Of a DNA stretch of 64,000 bases, positions 30,987 to 41,680 are shown piece after piece. The position numbers and the translations under genes were made by a program. The notes under the pieces are model-generated. The model saw nothing but the letters and a program-made list of their open reading frames with translations. It had not been told where the DNA came from and made no database searches. The first letter of the stretch is position 1. Every line of letters starts with the position of its first letter. This DNA comes from Gammaproteobacteria bacterium (GTDB taxonomy: Bacteria > Pseudomonadota > Gammaproteobacteria > G965277405). The stretch lies in contig OZ255726.1 in NCBI GenBank assembly GCA_965277405.1, positions 1,088,001 to 1,152,000 on the forward strand. Reading direction: 5' to 3'.

Positions 30987-31047
30987 ATCAATTGCAGGTC
31001 TATTGTTTAACAAGATGATAAACACCTCTTTAACAACAGATAAACAT

Positions 31048-31544
31048 ATGAAAAAGATTGTTTTAACGGCAGAAAATGCCAAACACCTACGGTTGCAAAT
31101 GGCATTTTCTCAATCACAGGTATCACAGAAAACGGGCGTCAATCGTTCATATTTATGGCATTTTGAAAAGGCACGAGCAACCTTAGAGAACCTCTGATTA
31201 ATTCCATGATGGGCGAGACGGAGAAAAAACGCTGATGATAAATAGGCGCAGTGCGCAGATAATACTGGTGGTATTATCAAGTGCTGCAACGACGTTAGCG
31301 CAGCGTTTTTTCCCGTCCTTCTGTTGAATATACTTTGGGTTTGCTGCAATTGCTGCGCTTGCTGTGTTGCATCCCTTGGCGTATATGCTACGGCATACGC
31401 CTGCGGAATGCACCTTGCAATCATCAGCAATTGCAGGCAAACTCGCTCCATCAGCGAGTTAATCAGATGTTCCTTAGAGATGCCAAAACAGCCAAACTAG
31501 CACAACTGTATGAATCACAGCCAGAACTGCCAAAGAGACCCTGA
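31048..31544 (+). pseudogene. XRE-family HTH protein interrupted by MITE copy 3
   Basis: LRLQMAFSQSQVSQKTGVNRSYLWHFEK before the insertion; helix-like DAKTAKLAQLY after it in another frame. Confidence 0.65.
31187..31473 (+). mobile_element. MITE copy 3 (287 bp) with perfect TTAG target duplication
   Basis: TTAG|AGAACCTCTGATTAAT...GTTAATCAGATGTTCC|TTAG. Confidence 0.93.
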
Positions 31545-31581
31545 TCAAACTCGCTCCAGCAGCGAATTAATCAGAGGTGCC
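31534..31581 (+). mobile_element. ~48-bp internally deleted mini-MITE
   Basis: Degenerate left IR fused to the right subterminal AAACTCGCTCCAGCAGCGAATTAATCAGAGGTGCC. Confidence 0.65.
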
Positions 31582-31888
31582 CTTACCAACCTCGTGCGCA
31601 GTCACAAGTATTTGCCGCAACCACAAGGTTAGTGCGTCCAAACAACGGTAAATTCAGCAAAACGGATGAAAAACAAGCAATAATTAACAAAAACTGAAAA
31701 TCAGCTTTTTAGTTTATTGTGCTTGGGGATTGCTGCGGCTAGAAAATTAAATAGTGGTGAATTATTCAGAGGCGCCCAAGTGTAAGTAAAGATATATTCC
31801 AATGTTTTGGACTGGATAGATAATAAACCTGAAAACAAAGAGCTACAATTGCATATAAAGCTATAAATGAACTTACGGAGGAAGGTTG

Positions 31889-32954
31889 ATGGAATTATCA
31901 GATAAAATTACGGACATTGCTAGAAATATTAATAAGCATAAAACACTTGTAGCAACCGAAGAAGCGACGAAAAACGCTTTTGTCATGCCATTCATTAGTG
32001 CGCTTGGTTATAATGTGTTTGACCCATCTGAAGTTGTCCCAGAGTTCACCGCTGATGTAGGCACTAAAAAAGGTGAAAAAGTTGATTATGCAATAATATG
32101 TAATGGTGAATTGCGGATTTTGATTGAGTGTAAGAGTGCCAATAGCGTATTAACAAAAGATCACGCATCACAGCTTTTCAGATATTATGGGACAACTAAT
32201 GTGCGTTTTGCGATACTCACTAACGGAATTATCTACAAGTTTTACACTGATTCAGAAGAAAAGAATAAAATGGACGACGCGCCATTTTTTACATTTGATC
32301 TTATTGGCTATCAAGCAAGTGATGTCGCGGAACTTAAAAAGTTTGCCAAAGACGATTTTTCTGTAGATAACATCATCGCTACAGCCAGCACACTTAAGTA
32401 TGCTGGTGCCGTGAAGCGTGTTTTGGCAGCAGAGCTGCTTGAGCCATCGGAAGCATTTGTACGCTTTTTTATCGGACAAATTTATGACGGACGCGTTACT
32501 CAATCAGTATTAGATGAATTTACGCAAATCGTTAAAAGTGCAAGAGCGCAATTTATTAACGAACAAGCGAATGTGAGATTAAAGAAAGCGATGTCAAATG
32601 TTGAAACTATAGATGATAATGAAAATACAGAAACGACGAATCCAGATAATCCAGATATTGAAACGACTGTTGAAGAAATTGAAGGGTTTCATATAGTCAA
32701 AGCTATTTTGAGAGAGAAGGTGAATTGTTGACAGAATTAGCATGCGCGACACAAAAAGCTACTGTGGAATCCTACTGGATAATAACAATCGTAAGCCTCT
32801 TTGTAGACTACACTTTAATCGAACCATCAAGTATTTAGAGATAATCGAAAACGTAGATAGTGGTGTGCAAGGCAATCGAATGCCAATAGCAGCACTGAAT
32901 GACATTTTTAAGTTTGCACCTCAATTGATAAAAACCCTACTTTTCTATCAATAA
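31889..32954 (+). pseudogene. HSDR_N / type I restriction-R N-terminal-like nuclease protein, frameshifted near 32725
   Basis: TEEATKNAFVMPFI..LGY.VF, EKVDYAI, IECK, ILTNG; the C-terminal MRDTKSYCGILLDNNNRKPLCRL is in the +1 frame. Confidence 0.8.
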
Positions 32955-33346
32955 TCACATCATAACACAACCACGTACGGCGATTTAAGCGCAATCCTCC
33001 TATAGCCGCTCTGAAATTATTACAACCATATAGTAATGTTTGCGGCAATGATGCCATATTGCCGTGTAGCCTTGCGAACGCGTTCGCCATACCATCAAAC
33101 CATCCGTAGCCTCTCTAATATTTGCAGAGCTACATGCAAACATCATATCAACTCAGCCGCCGCAGCCGTGCACGCCTTGCTGGCGTGCATACGCAACTCT
33201 GTGCAGTTGTTGAACGGGGAGATACACACCACTCCAGCAGCATACATGCAACCACCAGCGTGGTCGGCAATACTAGAGACGGCAGATGTAGAGGAATGTT
33301 TCTTACAACAGTTTGGTACAGATATCCAACGTGCTCCCGTATTTCA

Positions 33347-33654
33347 GGGACCTCTGATTAATTCCATGATTGGCGAGACGGAGATAAACGCTGATGATAA
33401 CTAGACGCAGTGCGCAGCTAACACTGGTGGTCTTGTGGGGGTTGCCAAGTACTGCAACGACGTTGGCACAGCATTTTTTACTGTCCGTCTGTTGAATATA
33501 CTTTGGGTTTGCGGCAATTGCTTACGCTTGCTGTGTTGCCGCCATTGGCGTATATACTACGGCATGCGCTCTGCGGTTTGCGTGCGGTTTGCGCCTTGCA
33601 ATCATCAGGAATTGCAGGCAGACTAGCTCCATCAGCGAGTTAATCAGTGCTTTC
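33347..33654 (+). mobile_element. MITE copy 4 (308 bp)
   Basis: GGGACCTCTGATTAAT...GTTAATCAGTGCTTTC then TTAG. Confidence 0.9.
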
Positions 33655-33666
33655 TTAGGAATATCC

Positions 33667-34896
33667 ATGAGCAACACACCAAACGCACCGTACCTTGAGC
33701 AAATTATCGCTGTAAAAAAAGCCTTACGCGCAACAGGCAACTATCAACTACGCTTTGCCGCTATTCAAGCGATTATTGCGCCGCAAGTAGCCGAAGTACG
33801 CAAGCTTGGGCAAACTGCTATTCCAGCAATTGAATACACAGATTTAGCAATTGTTTCTTCACAGCAACAACAACAAATCCGCAAACGTGGCTGCGTAATT
33901 ATCCGCAATGTGTTTGAGCGGTCGCGTGTAGACAATTGGAATGCCATGATAGACACCTACTTACACAGCAATGACTACACAGGAAAATCAGCATCAAAAC
34001 AAGGTCTTGATAAATACTTCAGCAATTTAGCTAGCTCAAAGCCGCAAATTTATAGCGTATATTGGTCGAAACCGCAAATTCAAGCACGTCAATCACAAGA
34101 GCTTGCGCAAACTCGCCAATGGCTAAATCACCTCTGGCAATACCAATATGATGGGCGCAATGTATTTAATCCAGATCAAGAGTGTAGCTACGCTGACCGC
34201 ATCCGCCAACGTGAACCAGGTGATGCAACATTAGGGCTATCGCCACATATCGACGGAGGAACAATTGAACGCTGGATTGATACTGGCTATCGCCAGGTAT
34301 ATCGTCATGTGTTTGATGGCGACATTCATGAGCACAACCCATTTGCTGCCGCTTATCGCACCCAAACAACAGAAATACCATCACCCGCAGTCTGTAGCAT
34401 GTTCCGTACATTTCAAGGCTGGACTGCGCTCAGCAGCCAAGGTCCTGGTGAAGGAACCCTTAATCTTGTTCCAATTGCTGATGCAATGAGCTGGGTGTTA
34501 TTACGCGCATTGCAGGATGATGTTGGTGAAAATGATTTGTGCGGCTTTCAAGCTGGTCGGGCAATGACAATGGTCCCGCAATACCACCAACTGCTCCTCG
34601 ATGCATATGTGCCAATTCCGCGTGTTAACGCTGGCGATACTGTGTGGTGGCATCCAGATGTTATCCATGGTGTTGAAAACCAACACAACGGCGATGGCTA
34701 CAGCAACGTGATGTATATTGGCGCCGCGCCAGATTGTCAGAAAAACAAAGACTTTTTAACCTTACAAAGTCCAGCGTTTGAATCTGGTAAATCCTGTCCA
34801 GACTTTGCCCCAGAACACTACGAAGTTGACTTTGCCAACCGCGCTACAACTATCGATTTAACCGATATCGGACGCAAACAAATGGGTTATGCCTAG
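33667..34896 (+). CDS. ybiU: YbiU/DUF1479-family oxygenase-fold protein
   Basis: YWSKPQ, YADRIRQR.PG, LSPHIDGG, FRTFQGWTAL, GDTVWWHPDVIH; start at ATG 33667 after AGGA. Confidence 0.85.
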   Translation: MSNTPNAPYLEQIIAVKKALRATGNYQLRFAAIQAIIAPQVAEVRKLGQTAIPAIEYTDLAIVSSQQQQQIRKRGCVIIRNVFERSRVDNWNAMIDTYLHSNDYTGKSASKQGLDKYFSNLASSKPQIYSVYWSKPQIQARQSQELAQTRQWLNHLWQYQYDGRNVFNPDQECSYADRIRQREPGDATLGLSPHIDGGTIERWIDTGYRQVYRHVFDGDIHEHNPFAAAYRTQTTEIPSPAVCSMFRTFQGWTALSSQGPGEGTLNLVPIADAMSWVLLRALQDDVGENDLCGFQAGRAMTMVPQYHQLLLDAYVPIPRVNAGDTVWWHPDVIHGVENQHNGDGYSNVMYIGAAPDCQKNKDFLTLQSPAFESGKSCPDFAPEHYEVDFANRATTIDLTDIGRKQMGYA

Positions 34897-35396
34897 CCAA
34901 CGTAATGGGAAAATTTATACGTTATTATAGCAAATATTCACCAGCCTTGGGATATTGATACTTGGGTAATAGTCGCTGGATGTCGCTGTAATAACACTCC
35001 CCCTCTGCAAACGTCATTTGCTTGATATCAATTTTCAAAATAATATCCTGAATATTATGGCAGGTCGTCTTGGTTTTGGTGGGTTTGCAGAGGTTCTCAA
35101 GGCCAGTGTATAGCCGAACATATAGACTGAAATGCAACGGTGACTCCCGACCAATGGAATGGAGTGGATATGCTCCGTTGCTGCAAGCACATAGCAATAT
35201 GAAACGCATACCATCAGGTAGCAATGGAGGCGTTTTCTGCACCAGCACGAGTCATTATGATGTTCAAGGCATAGCTCAGGGGCATACCATAACGCATACC
35301 AATTTACATGACTAGCTGGATGTACTACTATTGCTTGAATCGAATCTTCTTAAAAGAGCAAGTATTCGCCAACATCATGGCCATGATGGTTACGAT

Positions 35397-35474
35397 ACTA
35401 AACACTAAACACTAAACACTAAACACTAAACACTAAACACTAAACACTAAACACTAAACACTAAACACTAAACA
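35397..35474 (+). repeat. Perfect heptanucleotide microsatellite (ACTAAAC)11
   Basis: 78 bp of uninterrupted ACTAAAC units, intergenic. Confidence 0.97.
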
Positions 35475-35602
35475 TTTCGCTGCATAATCATGAGGTGTCG
35501 CGCTAGCGATTGAGATCCTCTGGCAATATACCCAATATAAGATTATGTGCCCCCTGCTTACAACAGACCTAAAATCAGCTGCTCCCCCATTGTGCCATTA
35601 TC

Positions 35603-36271
35603 CGCATTGGACACGCGCAAGGCGAATTCCTGGCTTTTCTGGATGTCGATGACTGGTGGTTGCCAGAAAAGCTCGAACGCCAGATCAACCTTTTTGACGA
35701 TCCGCAAGTCGGTATGACGTGCAGCAACTATACCATCAAACATGAGGGCAAGGGTGGCCGCGAATGGACAGCGCTCGCAATACCTCTGACAACAGCATGC
35801 AACCTCGATAGCCTGCTGAAGGACTACCCAGTGGGTTTATTAACACTCATGGTACGCACATCAGCACTGGTTTCTGTCGTGCAGCCGTTTGATCCGCGCT
35901 ACCATATTATCGGTGACTTCGATCTTGTGATTCGCCTCGCAACCAGATGGAAACTTGGATATCTGGATGAGCCGGTCGCGGTTTACCGCCTGCATGCCGA
36001 CAATGAAACCGCCAGGCACCGCATGCGTCAAGTTGATGAGTTGCAGCTCTGGCAAAAGGACATGGAACACAAACCAGCCGTGTCCTCCAGTCCAAGTTTT
36101 CACTGGGTCGAGTTCAGAACCGACTACATCGCTGCGATGCACTATCTGCTTGAGGGCGACAAGTTTGCCGCATTCTCGGTCATTCGGCGCATGCCCGTCA
36201 ACCGGCGGTCCCTGCGTTTGTGGATCGGGCTGTTTGCGCCGACCTCGCTGGTCCGCCACTTCAAGAACTAA
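35603..36271 (+). pseudogene. GT2 glycosyltransferase lacking its N-terminus
   Basis: Frame reads IGHAQGEFLAFLDVDDWWLPEKLERQ (DxD motif); the N-terminal GT-A segment and a credible start are absent. Confidence 0.78.
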
Positions 36272-36392
36272 TTCCGTTGCTGAACTGACGAGCGGTTTCA
36301 ATACTAATTTAGCGCAAGTTGTCCTGTTTTGGCGTTTTATGTCTGCTAACCTTTACTGAAATAATGATCTGGTCCTGCTGGGACGCCAACTG

Positions 36393-37460
36393 GTGACGAA
36401 AATCGTGCTCTATGTGAACGCCGCAAACATACATACTGGGGGAGGGCGTTGGCTGCTGACTGCCCTGATGGAGGAGATAGCCAGCTTCGAAGAGGTCGTT
36501 GTCTATCTGGATGAGCGGTTTCCCCACCTAACGGAAACGCCGAAAAGCCTTCAGGTGCGCAAGGTTCACTGCAACCTGCTATCCCGCGTCAAGGCTGATA
36601 TCGAATTATCTAGCAATTTGAACACTGGGGACATAGCCCTTTATTTCGGTAATCTTCCACCTATACGAAAATCGGCCGGCAAGACCGCTGTATTCATCCA
36701 GAATCGGTATCTGGTTGACTATGTAAGCCTTTCGGGGTTCTCATTTCATGCACAGATCCGCATTTGGCTCGAACGAGCCTGGCTACGCCTTTTCCACCGG
36801 AACGCCGATCTGTTAGTGGTTCAGACAGCCTCCATGCAGGCAGCCCTTTCACAAACATGCGGCATTCCGCGCACGCGCATCTTGGTTGCGCCTTTTGTCG
36901 GGCAAAGCACTTCCGGTAAGGAAAGCGAAACCCCGGCAAAGGTCGGACGCAAGAGCGGGAAACAAATCGATTTCATTTACCCAGCGAGCGGCGAGCCACA
37001 CAAGAATCATGACCTGCTCGTCGCAGCATGGCACCTGCTGGCGGCCGAGGGCATCCACCCACGATTGCTCCTCACCCTCGGTGATGCTCATTTCAAATCA
37101 CTCAAGGATCGTCGCACCGAGACTGCGGAGCACAGCAACATTGCGCTCGTAAATTTGGGAGCTCTACCCCGCGAAAAGCTTATGTCTAGGCTGAAGCAGG
37201 TGGATGCACTGATCTTTCCATCGCTGCTTGAGTCGTTTGGCCTTCCATTGATCGAGGCGTACCAAGCCGGTCTGCCGATTGTTGCAGGGGAGCTTGATTA
37301 TGTGCGCGATGTTGTGATGCCGGACGAGGTCTTCAACCCTTGTTCGGCTCTCTCGATCGCCCGTGCGGTAAAAAGGTTCATGGGACTGGATACCGGCACC
37401 GTGCCTGTACTCAAGGGGCGCCAGTTCATGGCTGCAATTACAAAGGAGCTCACCCGCTAG
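36393..37460 (+). CDS. GT4 glycosyltransferase
   Basis: YPASGEPHKNH, FPSLLESFGLPLIEA. Confidence 0.88.
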   Translation: MTKIVLYVNAANIHTGGGRWLLTALMEEIASFEEVVVYLDERFPHLTETPKSLQVRKVHCNLLSRVKADIELSSNLNTGDIALYFGNLPPIRKSAGKTAVFIQNRYLVDYVSLSGFSFHAQIRIWLERAWLRLFHRNADLLVVQTASMQAALSQTCGIPRTRILVAPFVGQSTSGKESETPAKVGRKSGKQIDFIYPASGEPHKNHDLLVAAWHLLAAEGIHPRLLLTLGDAHFKSLKDRRTETAEHSNIALVNLGALPREKLMSRLKQVDALIFPSLLESFGLPLIEAYQAGLPIVAGELDYVRDVVMPDEVFNPCSALSIARAVKRFMGLDTGTVPVLKGRQFMAAITKELTR

Positions 37461-38686
37461 TGCATGTGCTCGTAATCAGCCAGTATTTCTGGCCAGAAGA
37501 TTTTAGAATCAATGACGTGGTTGAGGGTCTGATGAGCCGGGGGCATCAGGTTACCGTGCTCACCGGCCGTCCGAACTATCCGGGCGGCAAACTGTTTCCG
37601 GGTTATGGCTGGTTCAACAAGCGTACCGAGACCTTCAAGGGCGCAAGGGTTGTGCGCGTGCCGATTATCACCCGCGGACAGAATTCAGGGTTCAGGCAGG
37701 CTCTAAACTACATTTCCTTTGCGCTTTCCGCCGCTCTGTTCGGACCATTCCGGTGTTTGGGCAAATACGAAGCCATTCTTGTTTACGAGCCATCACCGGT
37801 TACCGTAGGTATACCCGCCAGGCTCTTGAGGGTACTCAAGCGCCTTCCTATCCTATTCTGGGTTCAGGATCTCTGGCCTGAGAGCCTTGAGGCTACGGGG
37901 GCGGTGAAGTCTCCGCTTATTCTTGGTGCCGTCAGGCGACTGGTGGGCTGGACATATCATGGCTGTACCCGCATCCTCGTACAGTCCGAGGCCTTTGTAG
38001 AATCCATCATGCAGTTCGGCATCTCAGCTGAAAAAATTGGCTATTTGCCCAACAGTGCCGAAGCCTTTTACAGACCAGTGGAAAACGCGGAAGTGCCGGG
38101 TATAGCTTCCTTGCCCGCAGGCTTTCGCGTTATGTTTGCGGGAAATATTGGCGCAGCACAGTCTTTTGAAACAATCCTTTCGGCGGCAGAAACTCTTATA
38201 ATGGAAAAGAACATCCACTGGGTTATTCTCGGCGATGGGCGGCAGGCAAACTGGGTTCGCAAGGAAGTTGCCCGCCGCAAGCTCGACGGCTGCTTTCACT
38301 TGATGGGGCGGTTCCCCGCCTATACCATGCCCGCTTGGTTTGGGCATGCGGACGCCATGTTGGTCACACTCAAACGCAGCCCGATATTCGCAATGACAAT
38401 TCCCTCCAAGGTGCAATCATACCTTGCATGTGCCAAACCGGTTGTCGCTGCCATCGACGGAGAGGGCGCCCGCATTTTGGAGCTTTCCGGTGCCGGGCTT
38501 AGTGCACCGGCGGAAGACGCGTGCGCATTGGCCGATGCTGTTCTTCGGCTTTATAGAATGTCCAAGGAGGAAAGACTGGCAATGGGGCAGAATGGACAGG
38601 CATATTTTGATGCAAATTTTGCACGGGAGCTGCTGCTCGACCGGCTTGAGCACTGGCTTCTGGAATTGGCTAGGATGGAAAAATGA
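37460..38686 (+). CDS. wbuB: WbuB-like GT4 (L-FucNAc/L-QuiNAc transferase type)
   Basis: SQYFWPE, TGRPNYPGG, WVQDLWPES, FAGNIG.AQ, PSKVQSY; GTG start overlapping upstream stop. Confidence 0.8.
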   Translation: MHVLVISQYFWPEDFRINDVVEGLMSRGHQVTVLTGRPNYPGGKLFPGYGWFNKRTETFKGARVVRVPIITRGQNSGFRQALNYISFALSAALFGPFRCLGKYEAILVYEPSPVTVGIPARLLRVLKRLPILFWVQDLWPESLEATGAVKSPLILGAVRRLVGWTYHGCTRILVQSEAFVESIMQFGISAEKIGYLPNSAEAFYRPVENAEVPGIASLPAGFRVMFAGNIGAAQSFETILSAAETLIMEKNIHWVILGDGRQANWVRKEVARRKLDGCFHLMGRFPAYTMPAWFGHADAMLVTLKRSPIFAMTIPSKVQSYLACAKPVVAAIDGEGARILELSGAGLSAPAEDACALADAVLRLYRMSKEERLAMGQNGQAYFDANFARELLLDRLEHWLLELARMEK

Positions 38687-39540
38687 CAAAAATTCTAGTG
38701 CTGGGTTGCAGCGGCATGCTCGGAAATGCCGTAACCCGTGTGATGGCCGAGAGCCGAGATCTTGACGTCTGGTGCACAGCGCGTGCCCGAGGCGTAGAGA
38801 AATTCCTGCCTAAAGAGATTGCCGACAATATCCGCTGCGGTGTAGACGTTCTTAACTCGGACGCCCTAGCAGCGTTGCTCGCCGAAATAAAACCTGATGT
38901 ATTGATAAATTGCGTCGGGCTGGTCAAGCAACTGAGCAATGCCAACGATCCACTTGAGGCGCTGCCCATCAATGCCATCCTGCCCCATCGCCTCGCGCGG
39001 CTCTGCGCACTTGGCGGTGCACGGCTGATTCACCTCAGTACTGATTGCGTCTTCAGTGGCACCAAAGGTAACTATGCAGAAACCGACGACGCCGATGCGC
39101 AAGACCTGTATGGCCGCTCGAAATTTCTCGGTGAGGTCGACTATCCCGATGCCATTACGCTGCGCACATCAATTATCGGGCACGAACTGTCAAGCGCGCA
39201 CGGGCTTGTTGGATGGTTTCTTGCACAGAGCGGTCAGGTGAAGGGTTTTACCAAGGCCGTATTTTCCGGCCTGCCTACGGTTGAGCTGGCGCGAGTCATA
39301 CGCGACGAGGTGCTGCCCAGGCCGAATTTGCACGGTGTTTATCACGTCGCCGCTGCGCCGATCAGCAAATATGACCTGTTGCAACTCGTCAGTTTAGTCT
39401 ACAATAAGCCAATACAAATCATACCCGACGACAAGATCACCATCGACCGTTCGCTGAACGCAGAACGTTTTGAAAAAGCCACAGGATACGTTGCGCCGAC
39501 GTGGCTTGACCTGATCAAACGCATGCATGAATTCCAGTAA
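38683..39540 (+). CDS. RmlD-like NDP-4-keto sugar reductase (QnlA/WbvR type)
   Basis: LGCSGMLG, HLSTDCVFSG, YGRSK. Confidence 0.82.
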   Translation: MTKILVLGCSGMLGNAVTRVMAESRDLDVWCTARARGVEKFLPKEIADNIRCGVDVLNSDALAALLAEIKPDVLINCVGLVKQLSNANDPLEALPINAILPHRLARLCALGGARLIHLSTDCVFSGTKGNYAETDDADAQDLYGRSKFLGEVDYPDAITLRTSIIGHELSSAHGLVGWFLAQSGQVKGFTKAVFSGLPTVELARVIRDEVLPRPNLHGVYHVAAAPISKYDLLQLVSLVYNKPIQIIPDDKITIDRSLNAERFEKATGYVAPTWLDLIKRMHEFQ

Positions 39541-39549
39541 GGTTCCCAG

Positions 39550-40560
39550 ATGTTCTCAGACCGCACATTGATGATTACCGGAGGTACAGGCTCATTCGGC
39601 AACGCCGTAGTGAGCAAGTTTCTTGAAACCGAAATCCGGGAAATACGCATCTTCAGCCGGGATGAGAAGAAGCAGGAGGATATGCGCCTTGCGCTGAACC
39701 ATCCAAAGCTGAAATTCCACATTGGTGATGTTCGCGATTATTCGAGCGTGTTTGATGCCATGCGTGGCGTGGATTTTGTGTTTCACGCCGCAGCGCTGAA
39801 ACAGGTGCCCTCGTGCGAATTTTATCCCATGGAAGCTTTGCGCACCAATGTTCACGGTACGGAAAATGTCATCAATGCCACTATAGCACAGGGTGCTAAA
39901 CGCTTCGTGCTACTGAGCACGGACAAAGCAGTTTACCCCATCAACGCGATGGGCATTTCGAAGGCGATGGCCGAGAAGGTCATGGTCGCGAAATCACGGT
40001 TTCTATCCAATGGTGAAACAGTTCTTTGTGCCACGCGATACGGCAATGTGATGGCTTCCCGTGGGTCGGTCATTCCTCTGTTCGTTGCACAGATCAAGCA
40101 GGGCCTGCCACTGACGATCACCGATCCCGATATGACGAGGTTCCTGATGTCGCTCGATGATTCGGTTGATCTGGTTCTGCACGCGTTTAACAACGCCTCG
40201 CAGGGAGACATTTTCGTCCAGAAAGCACCTGCCTCCACCATCGGTGTACTCGCACAGGCTCTACTAGAGATTTTCGACAGCACTTCGGCACTTGTGGTGA
40301 TCGGTACGCGCCACGGCGAAAAGCTCTATGAATCTCTTTTGTCACGGGAGGAGCTGGTTCGGGCAGACGAGATGGATCGGTATTACAGAGCGCCAATGGA
40401 TGCCCGCGATCTCAACTATAACAAATACTTTGTCGAGGGTGAGCCGAGGCTCTCGGGGTCGGAAGACTATACTTCGCATAACGCGCAGCGGCTGAACCTT
40501 GAGCAGGTCAAGGCGCTCTTGCTGGATCTCGATTACATTCAGGATGCACTTAATGCCTAA
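39550..40560 (+). CDS. fnlA: UDP-GlcNAc 4,6-dehydratase/5-epimerase (FnlA/WbjB/CapE)
   Basis: TGGTGSFG, FSRDEKKQ, HAAALKQVPSCEF, TRYGNVMASRGSVIP, GTRHGEK. Confidence 0.9.
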   Translation: MFSDRTLMITGGTGSFGNAVVSKFLETEIREIRIFSRDEKKQEDMRLALNHPKLKFHIGDVRDYSSVFDAMRGVDFVFHAAALKQVPSCEFYPMEALRTNVHGTENVINATIAQGAKRFVLLSTDKAVYPINAMGISKAMAEKVMVAKSRFLSNGETVLCATRYGNVMASRGSVIPLFVAQIKQGLPLTITDPDMTRFLMSLDDSVDLVLHAFNNASQGDIFVQKAPASTIGVLAQALLEIFDSTSALVVIGTRHGEKLYESLLSREELVRADEMDRYYRAPMDARDLNYNKYFVEGEPRLSGSEDYTSHNAQRLNLEQVKALLLDLDYIQDALNA

Positions 40561-41680
40561 GGTTTTGACCATTGTGGGTACACGCCCTGAGCTGATCAAG
40601 ATGAGCCGGGTGATTGCCGAGCTCGACCGGCAGGTGGATCACGTGCTGGTACATTCTGGGCAGAACTATGACTACGAACTGAATCAAGTATTCTTTGATG
40701 ATTTGAAGATTCGCAAGCCTGACCATTTTCTGAATGTCGCGGCAGAAACTGCCTCGAAGACTATCGCCGATGTTATTGCGAAAACTGATGATATTCTGGC
40801 TCAGGAAAGGCCGGACGCGGTTCTGCTGTACGGTGACACTAATACCTGCCTGGCGGTAATACCAGCGAAGCGGCACAAGATACCGGTATTTCATATGGAA
40901 GCGGGCAACCGCTGCTTTGATCAACGTGTTCCCGAGGAATTGAACCGCAAGGTGGTAGACCATCTCAGCGACATCAATATGGTGCTGACAGAGCATGCGC
41001 GACGCTATCTGATTGCCGAAGGTATCCGGCCAGAGACCATCATCAAGACTGGCTCGCATATGCGGGAAGTGCTCGACTTCTACATGCCGGACATCGATAA
41101 ATCGGATGTGCTCAAGCGTGAAGGGCTGGCTGCAGGAAAATTCTTCGTTGCCAGCATGCACCGCGAAGAAAATGTCGATCCCCTAGATTCGCTGCGCAGC
41201 ATTGTGGCGACCCTCAATATGCTTGCGGGCAGATATGGGTATCCCATTATGATTTCCACACACCCTCGGACCCGCAAGCGGCTGGAGGAAACCGGCCTTC
41301 AATCCAACAATACGCTGCTGCGGTTCATGAAGCCCTTCGGGTTCCTAGACTATGTGAAACTGCAGCTGAACGCCTTGTGCATTCTGTCCGACAGCGGCTC
41401 GATCACGGAGGAGGCATCTATCCTCAATCTTCCAGCAGTGACCCTACGTAACGTGCATGAGCGACCGGAAGGTATGGATGTCGGCACACTGGTCATGTCG
41501 GGGCTTGACACCCAGTCGGTGCTTGACGCTGTCAAACTTGTGATCTCGCAGCATGACAGCAAGAACCGGGTATTCCAGGTTGTCCCAGATTATCTGGCGG
41601 CAGCTGTTTCCAAGCAGGTTGTGAGGCTAGTTCTGAGCTATATTGGTTATGTAAACCGAACCGTGTGGCATGAGCAGTAA
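40553..41680 (+). CDS. UDP-2-acetamido-2,6-dideoxy sugar 2-epimerase (QnlB/FnlC/WbjD type)
   Basis: VGTRPE, GQNYDYEL, HMEAGNRCFD..VPEE.NR, SDSG. Confidence 0.88.
   Translation: MPKVLTIVGTRPELIKMSRVIAELDRQVDHVLVHSGQNYDYELNQVFFDDLKIRKPDHFLNVAAETASKTIADVIAKTDDILAQERPDAVLLYGDTNTCLAVIPAKRHKIPVFHMEAGNRCFDQRVPEELNRKVVDHLSDINMVLTEHARRYLIAEGIRPETIIKTGSHMREVLDFYMPDIDKSDVLKREGLAAGKFFVASMHREENVDPLDSLRSIVATLNMLAGRYGYPIMISTHPRTRKRLEETGLQSNNTLLRFMKPFGFLDYVKLQLNALCILSDSGSITEEASILNLPAVTLRNVHERPEGMDVGTLVMSGLDTQSVLDAVKLVISQHDSKNRVFQVVPDYLAAAVSKQVVRLVLSYIGYVNRTVWHEQ

Noticed and set aside
31889-32954. Complete type I restriction-modification system
   Set aside because: No helicase domain, hsdM or hsdS; only an HSDR_N-like domain gene, frameshifted.
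33036-35315. Short ORFs 33036-33404, 34925-35248 and 35070-35315 as genes
   Set aside because: No recognisable motifs or RBS; probably eroded remnants that I could not assign.
35397-35474. Telomere-like or eukaryotic contamination (minus strand TTTAGTG resembles TTTAGGG)
   Set aside because: One mismatch in every unit, internal position and bacterial genes on both sides.
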